Source: Acidimicrobiia bacterium (lineage in GTDB: Bacteria > Actinomycetota > Acidimicrobiia > Spongiisociales > ZC4RG35). Taken from it: a stretch of DNA of 64,000 nt. The notes under the pieces are model-generated. The model did not search any database. It was not told the origin of the DNA and saw nothing but the letters and a program-made list of their open reading frames with translations. Shown here in pieces: positions 27,066 to 36,907 of the stretch (positions are counted from its first letter, which is position 1; every line of letters begins with the position of its first letter). The position numbers and the translations under genes were made by a program. The stretch lies in assembly GCA_012270885.1 (NCBI GenBank), contig JAAXHN010000013.1, positions 1,432 to 65,431 of the forward strand. The letters run 5' to 3'.

Positions 27066-28617
27066 TTACCCACAGGGCGTCCGGGCCTGGGCCAGGAATC
27101 CACAGTAGGTGTCACGGCTGACCACCCAGGTGCCGTCGACCAGGTCTATCACACCCTGCAGGTCCGTGTAGGCGGGCGAGCCACCGAAGAGCACGTCATA
27201 GGTGATGGTGGCGACGTCGCCTTCGATCACGGCCTGGGTGGGTCGAAGGCTGAATCCGCCCATCGTCTCACCCCCGGCCCGGTAGTTCTCGTTGCTTTCC
27301 TCCAGGTTCTGGGAGTCCTCGATGTGAGGAGCCTTGAGAGCCCATTCGGCATTGGAGTCGAACACGATCGCCCAGGCGCTCATCGCCGCCGCCTGCTCGG
27401 GATATACCTTGGCCATGATGAGGGGAGTCAACTCCTCCAGCAGGTAGTCGATACTCAGAATGGTGGTGAAGCTGAGAGCGCCGTAGATCGGATCGGAAGT
27501 GTCCAGCCACAGAATGCGCCCTTCCGCCATGACTTCCAGGGCTGTCCAGAGGGGATCGTCCTCGAAGACCGCTTGCTGGTCTGGAGAAGCTCGCATGATG
27601 AGAACATCCACATCCAGCAATTCGATCCGTTCGCCGCTGAGTTCGTACGAGTCGAGGTCCCCCACCACCGCGGCGATCTCGTCGGGGTAAGTCAACCCCA
27701 GGTCCTGGAGCAGTCTCATGGGAGGAGTGTTGGCGCCCACCACCCAGTAGGTCCCGTCCCCGGTGGGATTGGCCCAGGCGAAAGTTGCGCCTCCGAAGCC
27801 CCCATGGCGATCCCTGGTCGCCTCCACCGCGCTGGTGGTCTCGGCCACCAGCGCCTCGGCCTCTTCGGCCAGGCCCATGGCGGTCCCGATCAGCACGGTC
27901 TGGTCCTGCCAGGAAACACCGAAGGCGGGAAACTCGGCGGGTTCGGGGAGGGTGGGTGCTATGGCCGACAACAGCGCGTACTCCTCTTCGGTAATACCGG
28001 CGTGGGTGGCGATCATCAAGTCGGGAGAGAGCGAAGCCAAGAGCTCATAGTTGAGGTCGCCATAGGCCATGGTGAGCACTTCCGGAGTCCCCTCGCCCAG
28101 TTCATCCAGGCCCCAGGGCCACACCGCGTGGGGATGTCCACCGAACCACTCCCGGATCGCCACTGGAATTACTCCCAAGGCCAGCACCGGATCCTGCTCG
28201 CTGAATCCCACGGTGATCACCCGTTCCGGCGGCGACTCGACAACGGTCTCGCCGTATTTTGTGCTCGATGGTCACGGGAAAGAGACCGCCGGAGGCCGGC
28301 ATGTCGTCCTCCGTGGTGACGGGTTCCTCCGCAACCGTGGTAGTGGTAACAGCTTCGGCAGAGGTGGTGGTCGGCGCGGCGCTGGTAGTGGTTGGGGTTT
28401 CGGCCACGGTGGTGGTCGGCGCGGCGCTGGTAGCGGGCGCTGACGTGGTAGCCACCAAAGCTGCGGTGGTTCCAGCCGGCTCGGGATCGCCACCACAGGC
28501 GGTTCCAACCAATAGAAGAACCAACCCGACGGCCAACCGGACTCCGAATGCGGATCGCACACCGGCCAACCGGTTGGGTGAGAACCTCGATTCCCTGTTT
28601 CTGACAGGCTTCATCAA
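27066..28617 (-). pseudogene. Siderophore-type substrate-binding lipoprotein interrupted by a +1 frameshift in an A4/T4 run (28257-28260)
   Basis: A signal peptide with lipobox (LLLVGTACGG) and a Thr/Ala/Pro linker lie in the 28102..28617 frame. The body continues ...FPVTIEHK|YGETVVESPPERVITVGFSEQDPVLALG in the 27066..28220 frame. The sequence cacaaaatacggc would be in frame with one A fewer. Confidence 0.7.
28363..28433. repeat. 45-bp tandem duplication (26 nt identical) inside the Thr/Ala/Pro linker of the binding protein
   Basis: ggtggtggtcggcgcggcgctggtag occurs at 28363 and again at 28408. It encodes the repeated TSAAPTTT linker. Confidence 0.8.
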
Positions 28618-28618
28618 C

Positions 28619-29851
28619 TCATTCCTTTCCTGTTTCGCTGACAGTCTTCAAATCATTGGCGAGCTGGATGAGCAAGTCCGCAACGCGGGGACCGTTCCCC
28701 AGCAGAAGTTGGGCGTCATAGGTCAAGACCCGCCCCTCCCGTCCGGCAGGGGTCCCCGCCAGACCCGGGATCTCCAACAGCCCGTCAAGGCCACCGACCG
28801 ACTCCAATCCCAGTTCGGTGGTGATTAGGACATCCGGAGCAGCAGACACGATGGCCTCGGCGGAGATCGGGGTGGGATCCACCACGCCGATCTCCCCGGA
28901 GACATCCACGCCCCCCGCCGCCTCGATCAGCCAGCGGGTGGGAGAGGACTCTCCGAACACCAACTGGGCGGCGCCGCCGCGCACATAGACCATCAGGACC
29001 CTCGGGCAATCTTCACCGCACTCCCCCTCCACCGTTGCTCCGGCTGTGGCGTTCTCAACTTCTGCGGCCAGCGCCTCTCCCCTGCTCGGGATTCCTAGTG
29101 CCGCGGCCACCGCCCGTATCTTCACTCCCGGACCCTGCGAGGTGGGTTGATTGGGAATGATGATCAGTGGAAACCCCAGACGCTGCAGCTCGTCCATGGT
29201 TTCGGGAGGTCCTGCAAGGGCGGTGGCCAGCAGCACGGTTGGATTGAAAGCGGCGATGGGTTCGGTGGAGAGCGCCCCCTGGTAGCCGATCTGAGGCAGA
29301 GAATCCGCCTCGGGCGGGTATGTCGCAGACAGGTCGGTGGCCACCACCCGGTCTCCCAGACCCAGGGCGAAGACCACCTCCGCTATGTCCCCGTCCAGCG
29401 GGATGATGCGTTCGATGGACTCGACCGTTATTGACGCCGCGGTCTCGTCCACCACGGTCACGGGTAGGTGGGGTTCTTCGACGGTGCCTTGAGGCTCGGC
29501 TTCGGCGACGCCGCTCTCCTCCGCCCCCGTGTCCGGAGCCGCAAGCGCTACGGTGGTATCCGGTGCTGCCTCCGAGTTTCCAGCGGAGACAGACCTAGTC
29601 GTGGTAGAAGCCGACTCCTCGTTGTGGCGTTCTGTGTCCGCACCAGTGGATCCTCTTGCTTCCTCCGAAGCAGTCTCCTCGACGGGTCGGCCTGCGTCCT
29701 GATCCCCACCCGTCGACCCACATGACGCCACCACCAAACCAAGGGAAAGCAAGACAAGCAAACAAAGCTTCCCCTTCGGCGCTCTCTTGAAGGCTTCTCC
29801 ACCCTCCCTGCTTTTACCGCGAGCAACCCTGCCGCTAATATGACAAATCAC
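28619..29851 (-). CDS. Substrate-binding lipoprotein (HmuT/heme- or siderophore-binding type)
   Basis: Lipobox LSLGLVVASCGS, a Glu/Ser/Thr-rich linker, then a periplasmic-binding-protein body (...IIPLDGDIAEVVFALGLGDRVVATD...). Start is uncertain: in-frame GTG at 29851, while the track ATG at 29920 overlaps the divergent gene. Confidence 0.7.
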   Translation of the reverse strand: MICHISGRVARGKSREGGEAFKRAPKGKLCLLVLLSLGLVVASCGSTGGDQDAGRPVEETASEEARGSTGADTERHNEESASTTTRSVSAGNSEAAPDTTVALAAPDTGAEESGVAEAEPQGTVEEPHLPVTVVDETAASITVESIERIIPLDGDIAEVVFALGLGDRVVATDLSATYPPEADSLPQIGYQGALSTEPIAAFNPTVLLATALAGPPETMDELQRLGFPLIIIPNQPTSQGPGVKIRAVAAALGIPSRGEALAAEVENATAGATVEGECGEDCPRVLMVYVRGGAAQLVFGESSPTRWLIEAAGGVDVSGEIGVVDPTPISAEAIVSAAPDVLITTELGLESVGGLDGLLEIPGLAGTPAGREGRVLTYDAQLLLGNGPRVADLLIQLANDLKTVSETGKE

Positions 29852-29905
29852 GATATGTCTAATATAATAAACACAACCACTGTTTGTTAAATGAAAGGAG
29901 TGGAA
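29800..29905. promoter_or_regulatory. AT-rich divergent promoter/operator region between two iron-uptake loci
   Basis: The sharpest local AT-rich patch in the window. Direct repeat ctaatat at 29835 and 29859 (24-bp spacing) and atatg(a/t)c repeats. SD AAAGGAG at 29894-29900 for the plus-strand gene. Confidence 0.45.
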
Positions 29906-30922
29906 GTGTTCAAACAACATCCGCTCAAGCGGGCCGTCAGCATGGTGGCGGTGCTGGTGTTGGGCTTAGGGCTCTTGGCCGGCGCCTGCGGGGAAGGAGA
30001 TGAGCCATTGCTGATTTATTCGGGCCGGGGCGAGGAACTGGTCGGTCCGTTGATCGACGAGTTCCGCGAGTCGAGCGGCTTGGAAGTCGAGGTCAGGTAT
30101 GCGGGCAGCACCGAACTGGCCGCAAACCTTCTCGAAGAAGGTTCCGGCACCGAGGCGGACGTGTTCCTCGCCCAGGATCCTGCGTCGCTGGGACTTGCTG
30201 CGCCGCTGATGGCAACCCTTCCCTCAGACGTCATCGATGCGGTGCCCTCTCGGTTCCGTGACCGGGGCCATCGCTGGGTGGGGGTCTCGGGACGGATCAG
30301 GACCGTCATCTATGACCGGGACCAGGTCCAGGTGAGCGACCTGCCCGCCAGCATCGATGACCTGCTGAACCCTCTTTGGACCGGCATGATCGGCCTGGCC
30401 CCCACCAACGGCTCCTTCCTGGCGTTCGTGGCGGCGATGATCCTCGACCGCGGCGAGGCCGCAACGTTGGAGTGGCTGAAGGAACTGGCAGCCTTGGATC
30501 CCTTGGACTATCCCAAGAACTCCCCGATCGTGGCGGCGGCCGACGCCGGTGAGGTCGGGCTCGGGCTCGTGAACCACTACTACCTGCTGCGCCTGCAGGC
30601 CGAAGGAGGCGGTAGGAGAGCCGCCAATCACTTCCTGTCTGCCGGCGACCCGGGAAGCCTGGTCATGCCATCGGGCGTTGGGGTGCTCTCGGGCTCCGAG
30701 CAATCCGAGGATGCTCACAGCTTCATCGAATTCCTGTTATCGGAAGCCGCACAGCGATACTTTGCCGAACAGACCTACGAGTACCCCTTGGCGGCCGGAG
30801 TCAGGCCGGCGGCAAGCCTTCCGCCGATCGACTCCATACCGACGCCGCGTATAGACCTCTCCGACCTGCACACGGCGTTGGAGCGGGCTACCGACTTGGT
30901 CGCCGAGGCGGGACTCTTGTAG
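29891..30922 (+). CDS. Fe(3+) ABC transporter substrate-binding protein (FbpA/AfuA-like)
   Basis: Signal/lipobox LLAGACGE. LLIYSGRGEELVGPLIDEFRESSGLEVEVRY is typical of the iron(III)-binding family. An in-frame GTG at 29906 after the SD is the likelier start. Confidence 0.8.
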   Translation: MKGVEVFKQHPLKRAVSMVAVLVLGLGLLAGACGEGDEPLLIYSGRGEELVGPLIDEFRESSGLEVEVRYAGSTELAANLLEEGSGTEADVFLAQDPASLGLAAPLMATLPSDVIDAVPSRFRDRGHRWVGVSGRIRTVIYDRDQVQVSDLPASIDDLLNPLWTGMIGLAPTNGSFLAFVAAMILDRGEAATLEWLKELAALDPLDYPKNSPIVAAADAGEVGLGLVNHYYLLRLQAEGGGRRAANHFLSAGDPGSLVMPSGVGVLSGSEQSEDAHSFIEFLLSEAAQRYFAEQTYEYPLAAGVRPAASLPPIDSIPTPRIDLSDLHTALERATDLVAEAGLL

Positions 30923-30934
30923 TTTTCCACCGAG

Positions 30935-32521
30935 ATGATGGGGGTAGCGCACCCGGTTCCGCGCCTTAGGGCGCTACCTCCCAACACTTGGTGGTGGGTG
31001 CTGGCCGGGGTGGTGATGCTACCTGCCGCCGCCCCTCTCGGGGCACTTGCCTACGGGCTGGTGAGCGGTGTGGTCACCACCGTGCCCATCGCGCGACTAC
31101 TGGAGCTTGCGGCCAACACCGGGGCGCTGGGCGCCGCCGTCACATCGACCTCCTTATTCATCGGCGGCGCCAGCGCCTGGCTCGTATCCCGCACCAACCT
31201 TCCCGGCAAGAAACTGGCAACGGTCCTGATCCTCACCCCCTTCGCCGTCCCTTCCTTCGTGGGGGCCCTGGCTCTCCTAGGGGCCACCGGCGCCGACGGG
31301 ATACTTTCCGCCGCTTGGGTTTGGATGGGTGGAGACATCATTCACTACCCGTCGGGGTTCTGGGCGGCGTGGCTGGTGCTGACTCTGATCTCGGTGCCTC
31401 TGGTGCATCTCGCAGTCGCTCCTGCGGTCCGCTCTCTCAATCCCACGCTGGAAGAGGCTGCTCGCGGACTGGGCGCCGGACGGCTGAAAGTCTTCTGGAC
31501 GGTTACCCTTCCCCAACTCCGGCCATCGCTGACCGCCGGAGCATTATTGGTGGGCTTGTACACGCTCTCTGATTTCGGGGCGGTCTCCCTACTCCGCTAC
31601 GACACCTTCACTCGCGCCATCTACCTGGAATATGCGGGCCGGGTCGATCGGCGACCGGCCCTGGGACTGGCGGCGGTGCTGGCCGCGGTGGCGGTGCTGC
31701 TGGTGTGGCTGGAGAGGAGCACCCGCACCCGGGGAGTGTGGTTCACCGCCAGGCCGCGCCGCACCTCCCCGCCCGTGCGGTTGGGTCTGGGTGGAAAGAT
31801 CCTCGGGTGGGGATTCCTCGGAACCCTGGTGACGGTCTCCCTGTTGGTCCCCGTGGCTGTACTGATCGCCTGGGTGATGCGGGGCCTGATCTCGGGGGTC
31901 CTAGTCAACCAACCGTGGGCCGAGTTGGGACGGTCGATGTGGGTTGCCCTGCTCACCGCCCTGGTGGCCGCGGTTGTCGTTGCACCGGTTGCTATGGTGA
32001 CCGCCCGCTTTCGGAACCGTTGGGCAGGCCTCCTGGAGGGTGGGGCGTGGGCACTGTACGGTGTCCCCCACATCGCGGTGGGAATGGCGATGATCGTGTT
32101 CACCCTGTGGTTGGCGCGGCCCTTCTACCAGACCCTGATGCTCCTGGTAGGAGTGTACGTGGTGATGTTCCTGCCGCAGATACTGGGACCCAGCCGGGAT
32201 TCTCTGGGACGGGTGTCTCCCTCCATGGAAGAGGCATCCCGCAGCCTTGGAAAATCACCGTTTCAAACCTTCATGGGCATCACCCTCCCCCTGATGGCCC
32301 CGGGCCTCCTGTCGGGGGCGGCATTGGTGTTCCTTACCACTCTCAGAGAACTCCCCGCCACGTTGTTGCTCCGTCCGGCAGGTTTCGAGACCCTGGCCAT
32401 AAGGGTTTGGAGCGCAACCGGGGAAGGGTTTTACACTCAGGGTGCACTGGCCGGGCTGCTGTTGTTGTTGATAGCGGCTCTTCCCCTGGCCATCGTGACC
32501 CGACATGAACTCATCCGCTGA
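30935..32521 (+). CDS. Fe(3+) ABC transporter permease (duplicated-domain, FbpB-like)
   Basis: 528-aa polytopic protein with two permease repeats (EEAARGLGAGRLKVFWTVTLP and EEASRSLGKSPFQTFMGITLP EAA-loops). Confidence 0.85.
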   Translation: MMGVAHPVPRLRALPPNTWWWVLAGVVMLPAAAPLGALAYGLVSGVVTTVPIARLLELAANTGALGAAVTSTSLFIGGASAWLVSRTNLPGKKLATVLILTPFAVPSFVGALALLGATGADGILSAAWVWMGGDIIHYPSGFWAAWLVLTLISVPLVHLAVAPAVRSLNPTLEEAARGLGAGRLKVFWTVTLPQLRPSLTAGALLVGLYTLSDFGAVSLLRYDTFTRAIYLEYAGRVDRRPALGLAAVLAAVAVLLVWLERSTRTRGVWFTARPRRTSPPVRLGLGGKILGWGFLGTLVTVSLLVPVAVLIAWVMRGLISGVLVNQPWAELGRSMWVALLTALVAAVVVAPVAMVTARFRNRWAGLLEGGAWALYGVPHIAVGMAMIVFTLWLARPFYQTLMLLVGVYVVMFLPQILGPSRDSLGRVSPSMEEASRSLGKSPFQTFMGITLPLMAPGLLSGAALVFLTTLRELPATLLLRPAGFETLAIRVWSATGEGFYTQGALAGLLLLLIAALPLAIVTRHELIR

Positions 32522-33608
32522 CCACCGCCCCCTCGCAGCTCATGCCCTCTGCAAGAGCTTTGACGCCACTGTGGCCCTGGATGACTTCAACCTGGAGGTG
32601 GAGAGCGGGTCCCTTCTAACCGTGCTGGGGCCGTCGGGAGTGGGAAAGACCACAGCCTTGCGGATCCTGGCCGGCTTCGAAATGCCGGATTCGGGCACGG
32701 TGAGGGTCAACGGTCAAACCGTGAATGGTCCCGGTATCTTCGTTCCGCCCGAACGCCGCCAGGTGGGGATGGTCTTCCAGGACTACGCCTTGTTCCCGCA
32801 TCTCAACGTCGCTCGGAACGTAGCCTACGGGCTCGACGCCCACCATCGTGACCACCGGGTATCGCGGGTGCTGGAGATGGTGGGACTGGCCGGTTTCGAA
32901 AAGCGAATGCCGCACGAACTGTCCGCCGGCCAGCAGCAGCGGGTGGCCCTAGCCAGAGCCTTGGCGCCCGGGCCCCAGGTGATTCTGGCCGACGAGCCCT
33001 TCTCCAACCTGGATGCCGCCCTTCGCAAAAGACTCCGGGCCGAGGTGCGCTCCATCCTCCGGGAGGCGCGGACCACCACCATCATGGTGACCCACGATCA
33101 GGAAGAAGCCTTGGCGGTGAGCGACCAGTTGGCCCTGATGAACGAGGGTCGGGTGGTACAGACCGGCCCTCCCGACCACGTGTACCGGTACCCGGCCACC
33201 TCCTGGGTGGCGGAGTTCCTGGGCGACGCCGACTTCTTCGACGCCCACGCCAAGGGAGGGCGGATCACTACCCCGTTCGGCACTTTTCCCACCACCCGCT
33301 CGGGCAAGGTGAAGGTGATGGTGCGCCCCGAGTCGGTCACGGTCTTTCCCCATGCGCAGGGAGTAGCCGTGGTCGTCCACCGGGAGTTCTTTGGACACGA
33401 CCAATTGCTGTCGGTCAAGCTGCCGGGAAAGATCACCCTTCGGGCCCGTTGCTGGCCCCAACCCCAGCTGGCGCCGGGCGACCGGGTAGCCGTGTCGGTG
33501 GACGGCATCCACATCTTCGACGAACCCCGAACCGCCCCTACCCCACCGGAGAGTCCGGCCCCCGGGGCTCCCATCCCCCAGCGAGTGGTAATCCCCCCGC
33601 TAGGGTGA
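32505..33608 (+). CDS. Fe(3+)/polyamine-type ABC transporter ATP-binding protein (FbpC-like)
   Basis: GPSGVGKTT, LSAGQQQRVALARA, ILADEPFSNLD, plus a C-terminal TOBE-like domain. It overlaps the permease by 17 nt. Confidence 0.9.
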   Translation: MNSSADHRPLAAHALCKSFDATVALDDFNLEVESGSLLTVLGPSGVGKTTALRILAGFEMPDSGTVRVNGQTVNGPGIFVPPERRQVGMVFQDYALFPHLNVARNVAYGLDAHHRDHRVSRVLEMVGLAGFEKRMPHELSAGQQQRVALARALAPGPQVILADEPFSNLDAALRKRLRAEVRSILREARTTTIMVTHDQEEALAVSDQLALMNEGRVVQTGPPDHVYRYPATSWVAEFLGDADFFDAHAKGGRITTPFGTFPTTRSGKVKVMVRPESVTVFPHAQGVAVVVHREFFGHDQLLSVKLPGKITLRARCWPQPQLAPGDRVAVSVDGIHIFDEPRTAPTPPESPAPGAPIPQRVVIPPLG

Positions 33609-33743
33609 CTCCTGTGTCAAGACCGAGGAATCTGACATTCAGTTCGGGTTAAGGGTAAGCAGCGTGACAGATCCTTGTTTTTGGACTGATGCTTAGGTCT
33701 CGGTCTTTCTTCGGTTCCGACATGGAGCAAACTTTCGCCGGCA

Positions 33744-34322
33744 TTGTCGATGGTTTTGCCAATGCGGTTGCCGAGTCTTCTAGAGACAGTAGGGGCCGTT
33801 TACGGGATCGTGGTGCCCCCGGAGCGACTCTTCGCTTATGCCTATGGCATACTGGCTCAGCCAGCATACACGGAGCGATTCTGGGAAGAACTCGAGCACC
33901 CTCCACCACGGCTGCCAATCACTAGGGTCGACGGTCTCTTCCAGCGTGTCGCCGATCACGGTGCGCGGTTACTGAATTTACACACCTACGGTGAGCGATT
34001 TGCCGGTCCTGAGGACGACGGCTCGGCACCACAGGGAGAGGCACGCTGTGTTAAGGCCGTACCGCTCGACAAGTACCCGTTCGACTTCTCTTACGAACCG
34101 GGCAGTCACACCCTGCGAGTCGGCGATGGGGAGTTCTCACCGGTAAAACCCTGCGTCTGGAGCTTCTCCGTTTCTGGCTTACAGATCGTGAAGTCCTGGC
34201 TTGATTACCGCAAGCTAAAGCGGTCAGGACGAAAGTCGTCGCCCCTTGATGAAATCAGACCGGAGCGTTGGGATTTCACCGAAGAGCTACTTGAGTTGCT
34301 TGGGTTATCGAGGAGACGGTAA
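33744..34322 (+). pseudogene. C-terminal fragment of a type ISP restriction/modification-type N6-adenine methyltransferase
   Basis: ...LFAYAYGILAQPAYTERFWEELEHPPPRLPIT...LLNLHTYGE...VWSFSVSGLQIVKSWLDYRKLKRSGRKSSPLDEI... matches the C-terminal domain of type ISP / BREX PglX-like enzymes. The upstream >800 aa are absent. Confidence 0.6.
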
Positions 34323-34558
34323 AGTTGCAGTCCGACGGCGCCGCATTGCTCCCTGAAGTGTGCTCTTCGGCTCTGTTCTCCACTAGCGAGTTACCCTATC
34401 CATCGAACGAGGAACGCCAACCCCCTCACAACGTACCGACAGGTAGCCAGTCCTCGTTCCTTTCCTCCACACAGGATTGATCAGGAAACAGTTAACGTAG
34501 AGAAGCGGGACTGCGGATAGGGTTCATCCGCTCTTTGGGTGACCCCAGCCGTAGTAGG

Positions 34559-35893
34559 TCAGCTTCCCAGATTCCGATGCAGTGTCTCTGCGACCGGGAA
34601 GAATCGATATTGCTTGCCCCCGTCGTGTAGCTCCAAGAACCCCCGTTTCTCGAGATCCAGTAGATCGGTCCGCGCCGTCTGGTAGGCGACTCGATGACTG
34701 GCCCGGTGGGCCTGGATGGTGTAGACCGCATCAAGATTCCTGATGGCGTGACTCAGAAGCGCCAACTGGCGACTATTGAGGTCGGGTTCCCTACGCAAGG
34801 CCCTTTCTATTAGGCGCACTTCCGCCACCTTTTCTTCCAGGGTCTCGAAGAGGTCCTCTATCGCCCGGCACAGCACGTCTAGCTGGTGTAGGAGGAAATA
34901 GGTGAAGTCCCCGTCGTCAGTCTCGCTGTAGAGAAAGGCCCTCTGGTATTGGACGGGAGCCTGGTAGAGCAAGCGAGATATCGATAGGAACTCCGCCAGC
35001 CAATATCCGTGTTGCCATAGAGAACGATAGAACAGGGCTCGCGCCGTTCTCCCATTGCCGTCCACAAAGGGATGGATATAAGCCAGTTGAAAGTGAAGGG
35101 CGATTGCCCTCACCACCGGATGCACGAATCCCCTGTCCTCAACCGCGTTGGCGAAGTCCACCAACTCCTGCATCCGGGCGGGCAATTCGTCAGCAGGAGG
35201 AGGACGGTGATAGATGTCGTTGGGATCGGGACCACTTACATAGACCCTCTTCTCACCGCTTTGCTGGAGCCGACCGACATCCTCCGGCCGATCCAAGGTC
35301 CCATCGGCCAGCATTCGATGGATGTCAAGCACCATATCCACCGTTAGTGGCGTCTCTGCGTGTCTGCGGAGATTCTGCATGGTGCGATAGTTGTTGACAA
35401 CCATGCGTTCGTCAATGGTTCGAGGAGATCTCTCTGAACGGAGCAGTTCCTTTGCATCGCGGCGGGTTGTGGCGGCTCCCTCGAGCAAGCTGGAGTTGAT
35501 GGCCTCCTCGATCAGTCCGGCCACGATGTATCGATCCCGGGTTGCCGAACTGGTCACGACCTCCGGCATCTGGATACGACCTGCCGCCTGCTGGTCGATC
35601 CGATGCAGCATCGAAAGCGCTTCATCAGTCAGGACGTAGCTGAATAGCTGCCCCCCGGTATCGGCGAACGGCAACATCCTGCGTGCCTGCGAACGAGCCA
35701 TCTTGACGCCGAACCACCACTCCTCTGACGAAAAGCCGCCAGGAGGTGTACGGCGACGAAGCTCCTCCCAGTGGTAGTAGCGGCCATTTACAGAAGGCCG
35801 AGAGTGGTCACTGAACAGGATTGCCGCAGCTTGATCTCCACTGAGTGTTTGGAGAATCTCCTCGACGGCCGGACCTTTGGCTGGAATCCTCAT
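34559..35893 (-). CDS. Fic family protein (putative AMPylase) with intramolecular inhibitory motif
   Basis: Canonical HPFVDGNGRTAR. An N-terminal SSLLEG fits the (S/T)xxxE(G/N) inhibitory helix. The C-terminal region looks like a winged helix. Confidence 0.85.
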   Translation of the reverse strand: MRIPAKGPAVEEILQTLSGDQAAAILFSDHSRPSVNGRYYHWEELRRRTPPGGFSSEEWWFGVKMARSQARRMLPFADTGGQLFSYVLTDEALSMLHRIDQQAAGRIQMPEVVTSSATRDRYIVAGLIEEAINSSLLEGAATTRRDAKELLRSERSPRTIDERMVVNNYRTMQNLRRHAETPLTVDMVLDIHRMLADGTLDRPEDVGRLQQSGEKRVYVSGPDPNDIYHRPPPADELPARMQELVDFANAVEDRGFVHPVVRAIALHFQLAYIHPFVDGNGRTARALFYRSLWQHGYWLAEFLSISRLLYQAPVQYQRAFLYSETDDGDFTYFLLHQLDVLCRAIEDLFETLEEKVAEVRLIERALRREPDLNSRQLALLSHAIRNLDAVYTIQAHRASHRVAYQTARTDLLDLEKRGFLELHDGGKQYRFFPVAETLHRNLGS

Positions 35894-35914
35894 GACAGAG
35901 CAGTATACCTACTA

Positions 35915-35940
35915 AAATAGTAGATACTAGTAGATATTGT
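35915..35940. promoter_or_regulatory. Direct 10-bp-period repeat TAGTAGATA(C/T) upstream of fic (candidate operator/promoter)
   Basis: tagtagata at 35918-35926 and 35928-35936, about 25-45 nt upstream of the fic start, in an AT-rich spacer. Confidence 0.3.
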
Positions 35941-36108
35941 AGAAGTGGCGTCGATCTGATCTCCCCTGGCCCGGCCTGGCCCTTTGTCATCCGATCCCCA
36001 TCTCCAAGGGCATCTACTAATTCTGTATTACATGTATGTATGTTAGTAATAGGATTGACACATTCTCAGAGGGGGAGATCCCTTGGACCTGGGCCCGCCC
36101 CAAGGCTC

Positions 36109-36507
36109 TTACTCGGTGGCGTTGATCCGGTTGATGGGGCCCGGCCAGTCGAGAATGAGCCGATCGGCGGTCATCAGCCGATGTCCTTCCAGGGCGGTGG
36201 CCACGATCAGGCGGTCCGCCGGGTCGCCGTGCAACTCGGGAAGAAGTCCGGCGCGAGCCGCTATCGCGCCATCCACGGGGACCTCGATCAGTCCCTCGTC
36301 GAGGAGGTCGCGCCGCCAGGCTCCCAGGTCGATCCGCAAGTCCAGACCACCCTTCCGGAGCCGCATGCTGACTTCCCAGAAGGAGATCCCCGACACCGCC
36401 GCGCTTCCTTCCTCCACCGCACCGTCCAACAGACGGCGTGACTTCGGGCCCAGCCGGCGGTCTCCCCTCTCCTGCCACACCAGGACATGGGTGTCGAGGA
36501 GTATCAA
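36109..36507 (-). CDS. vapC: PIN-domain toxin VapC
   Basis: The TTG start overlaps the antitoxin stop (TTGA). ILLDTHVLVW...(D)...ADRLIVATAL shows the PIN acidic residues. The N-terminal 26 aa of the track ORF were rejected. Confidence 0.8.
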   Translation of the reverse strand: MILLDTHVLVWQERGDRRLGPKSRRLLDGAVEEGSAAVSGISFWEVSMRLRKGGLDLRIDLGAWRRDLLDEGLIEVPVDGAIAARAGLLPELHGDPADRLIVATALEGHRLMTADRLILDWPGPINRINATE

Positions 36508-36782
36508 AACAGGTCCTCTCCGTGACTGGGAGAATCTTCGAACCACGCAGCAGGCATGGGAGAGACGATGTCCCCGTTGATGCAAATGTTCTCCCGGTTG
36601 CGGCCGAAAGTCATCCTCGGCTTGTCCTGGTAAGGAACCAGACGCGATACAGGGCGGCCGTGCTTGGTGATGACCAGCCCCTCACCGCTTGCCGCCACCT
36701 CGTCCATGAGCTTCAGGCACTTGGCCTTGAACTCCGAAGCCTTGATCTTCCGCGGTCTGACGATCTTCTCCCCAGCAGGCAT
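36504..36782 (-). CDS. Phd/YefM-type antitoxin
   Basis: IKASEFKAKCLKLMDEVAASGEGLVITKHGRPVSRLVP is typical of Phd/YefM. It is coupled to the PIN gene. Confidence 0.8.
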   Translation of the reverse strand: MPAGEKIVRPRKIKASEFKAKCLKLMDEVAASGEGLVITKHGRPVSRLVPYQDKPRMTFGRNRENICINGDIVSPMPAAWFEDSPSHGEDLF

Positions 36783-36794
36783 GACTCTCTCCTA

Positions 36795-36860
36795 TCGTTT
36801 ATGACCACTATCGTGCTTTGATATGACTATAGTCACTATCTACAGCAATAGTGACCATAT
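36795..36860. promoter_or_regulatory. Palindrome cluster upstream of the Phd/VapC operon (candidate autoregulatory operator)
   Basis: Perfect palindrome gactatagtc (36825-36834), flanked by tatgaccactat and atagtgaccata, which are imperfect inverted copies. Confidence 0.4.
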
Positions 36861-36907
36861 TTTCCCCGGGCCCATCACCAAACTGAAGGAGTCCGGTCCA
36901 TGATTCG

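Noticed and set aside
28363-28433. Tandem repeat considered as a possible CRISPR or regulatory repeat.
   Set aside because: There are only two copies, directly adjacent without spacers. It lies inside a coding Thr/Ala/Pro linker (TSAAPTTT duplication). No CRISPR array is seen anywhere in the window.
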